Positions 63,226-64,000 of a stretch of 64,000 nt of DNA are shown piece by piece. Below the pieces are notes generated by a model. The model ran no database searches. It was given only the letters and a program-made list of their open reading frames with translations, and had not been told where the DNA came from. The DNA comes from Octopus vulgaris (Eukaryota), in assembly GCA_951406725.2 (NCBI GenBank), contig OX597814.1, positions 27,590,001 to 27,654,000 on the forward strand, in the 5' to 3' direction. The translations under genes were made by a program, and so were the position numbers. Each line of letters opens with the position of its first letter. Position 1 is the stretch's first letter.

Positions 63226-63643
63226 GTTTCCATCTACAAGATTTATCGACTGAGCATTGGTCTGCGCGTCAATGAATCGAGTGTGCTCCATCGTTTAAAA
63301 GGTGAAAGTTGTTTCCGAAAGCGAGATATAACACCGATTGACATATTAAGTTCAAAATCAACCGGACCATATTAAGAATGAATATGTACATCATCGGTTT
63401 GAATTTCCATCTACATAGATTTATTGCCGAACTGGCAGCATTCGGTCTACGCGTCAATGAATTTCTTTGCTTATTTGTATAAATAAGAACGAGCACTATT
63501 GTTTAGATTTGTTGATCTGAAGGTAAGTTTGACTGAATAAACGCAATCTTGTCGAAACACCGGTGTCTCGTAGTATCCCTACGTCAATGGCTGTCGATAG
63601 ACATCATATGAAAGGAGGTGTTCTTCGAAGATGTCTAATAATG

Positions 63644-64000
63644 AGGCGCAGGAGTGGCTGTGTGGTAAGTAGCTTGCTAACCAACCACATGGTTCCGGGT
63701 TCAGTCCCACTGCGTGGCATCTTGGGCAAGTGTCTTCTGCTATAGCCCCGGGCCGATCAATGCCTTGTGAGTGGATTTGGTAGACGGAAACTGAAAGAAG
63801 CCTGTCGTATATATATATATGTATATGTATGTGTGTGTGTTTGTGTTTGTCCCCTAGCATTGCTTGACAACCGATGCTGGTGTGTTTACGTCCCCGTCAC
63901 TTAGCGGTTCGGCAAAAGAGACCGATAGAATAAGTACTGGGCTTACAAAGAATAAGTCCCGGGGTCGATTTGCTCGACTAAAGGCGGTGCTCCAGCATGG
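63644..64000 (+). mobile_element. SINE family A, running off the window end
   Basis: AGGCGCAGGAGTGGCTGTGTGG..GGTTCAGTCCC..GGCGGTGCTCCAGCATGG. Confidence 0.95.

Overview
AT-rich, repeat-dense eukaryotic genomic DNA with no intact protein-coding gene that I can support. The SINE families, the extreme (TA)n/(TG)n/(TATG)n/(TAGA)n load and the transposon mix point to an octopus (coleoid cephalopod) genome; this is inferred from pattern recognition, not from a search. The window holds more than 30 tRNA-derived SINE copies built from about four shuffled module types, several with clean target-site duplications. It also holds decayed retroelements (Penelope, CR1, R4/Dong, L1/Tx1, RTE), a full-length but frameshifted DD37D (maT) Tc1/mariner, a decayed hAT/Buster transposase and four non-autonomous Helitron-like elements. 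Nearly all ORFs in the supplied track are microsatellite artefacts. Most interesting: (1) a dispersed set of short elements sitting in (TA)n tracts that carry minimal hammerhead-ribozyme motifs, two of them complete (57891-57931 and 12008-12076, minus strand) and both with the compensatory U3-A8 core pair; (2) an isolated ~200-bp CpG-rich, multi-hairpin island at 46351-46556; (3) long fold-back elements at 41949-42049 and 58042-58211, and a mariner framed by ~110-bp inverted repeats; (4) short unique motif-rich islands between microsatellites that may be cis-regulatory.
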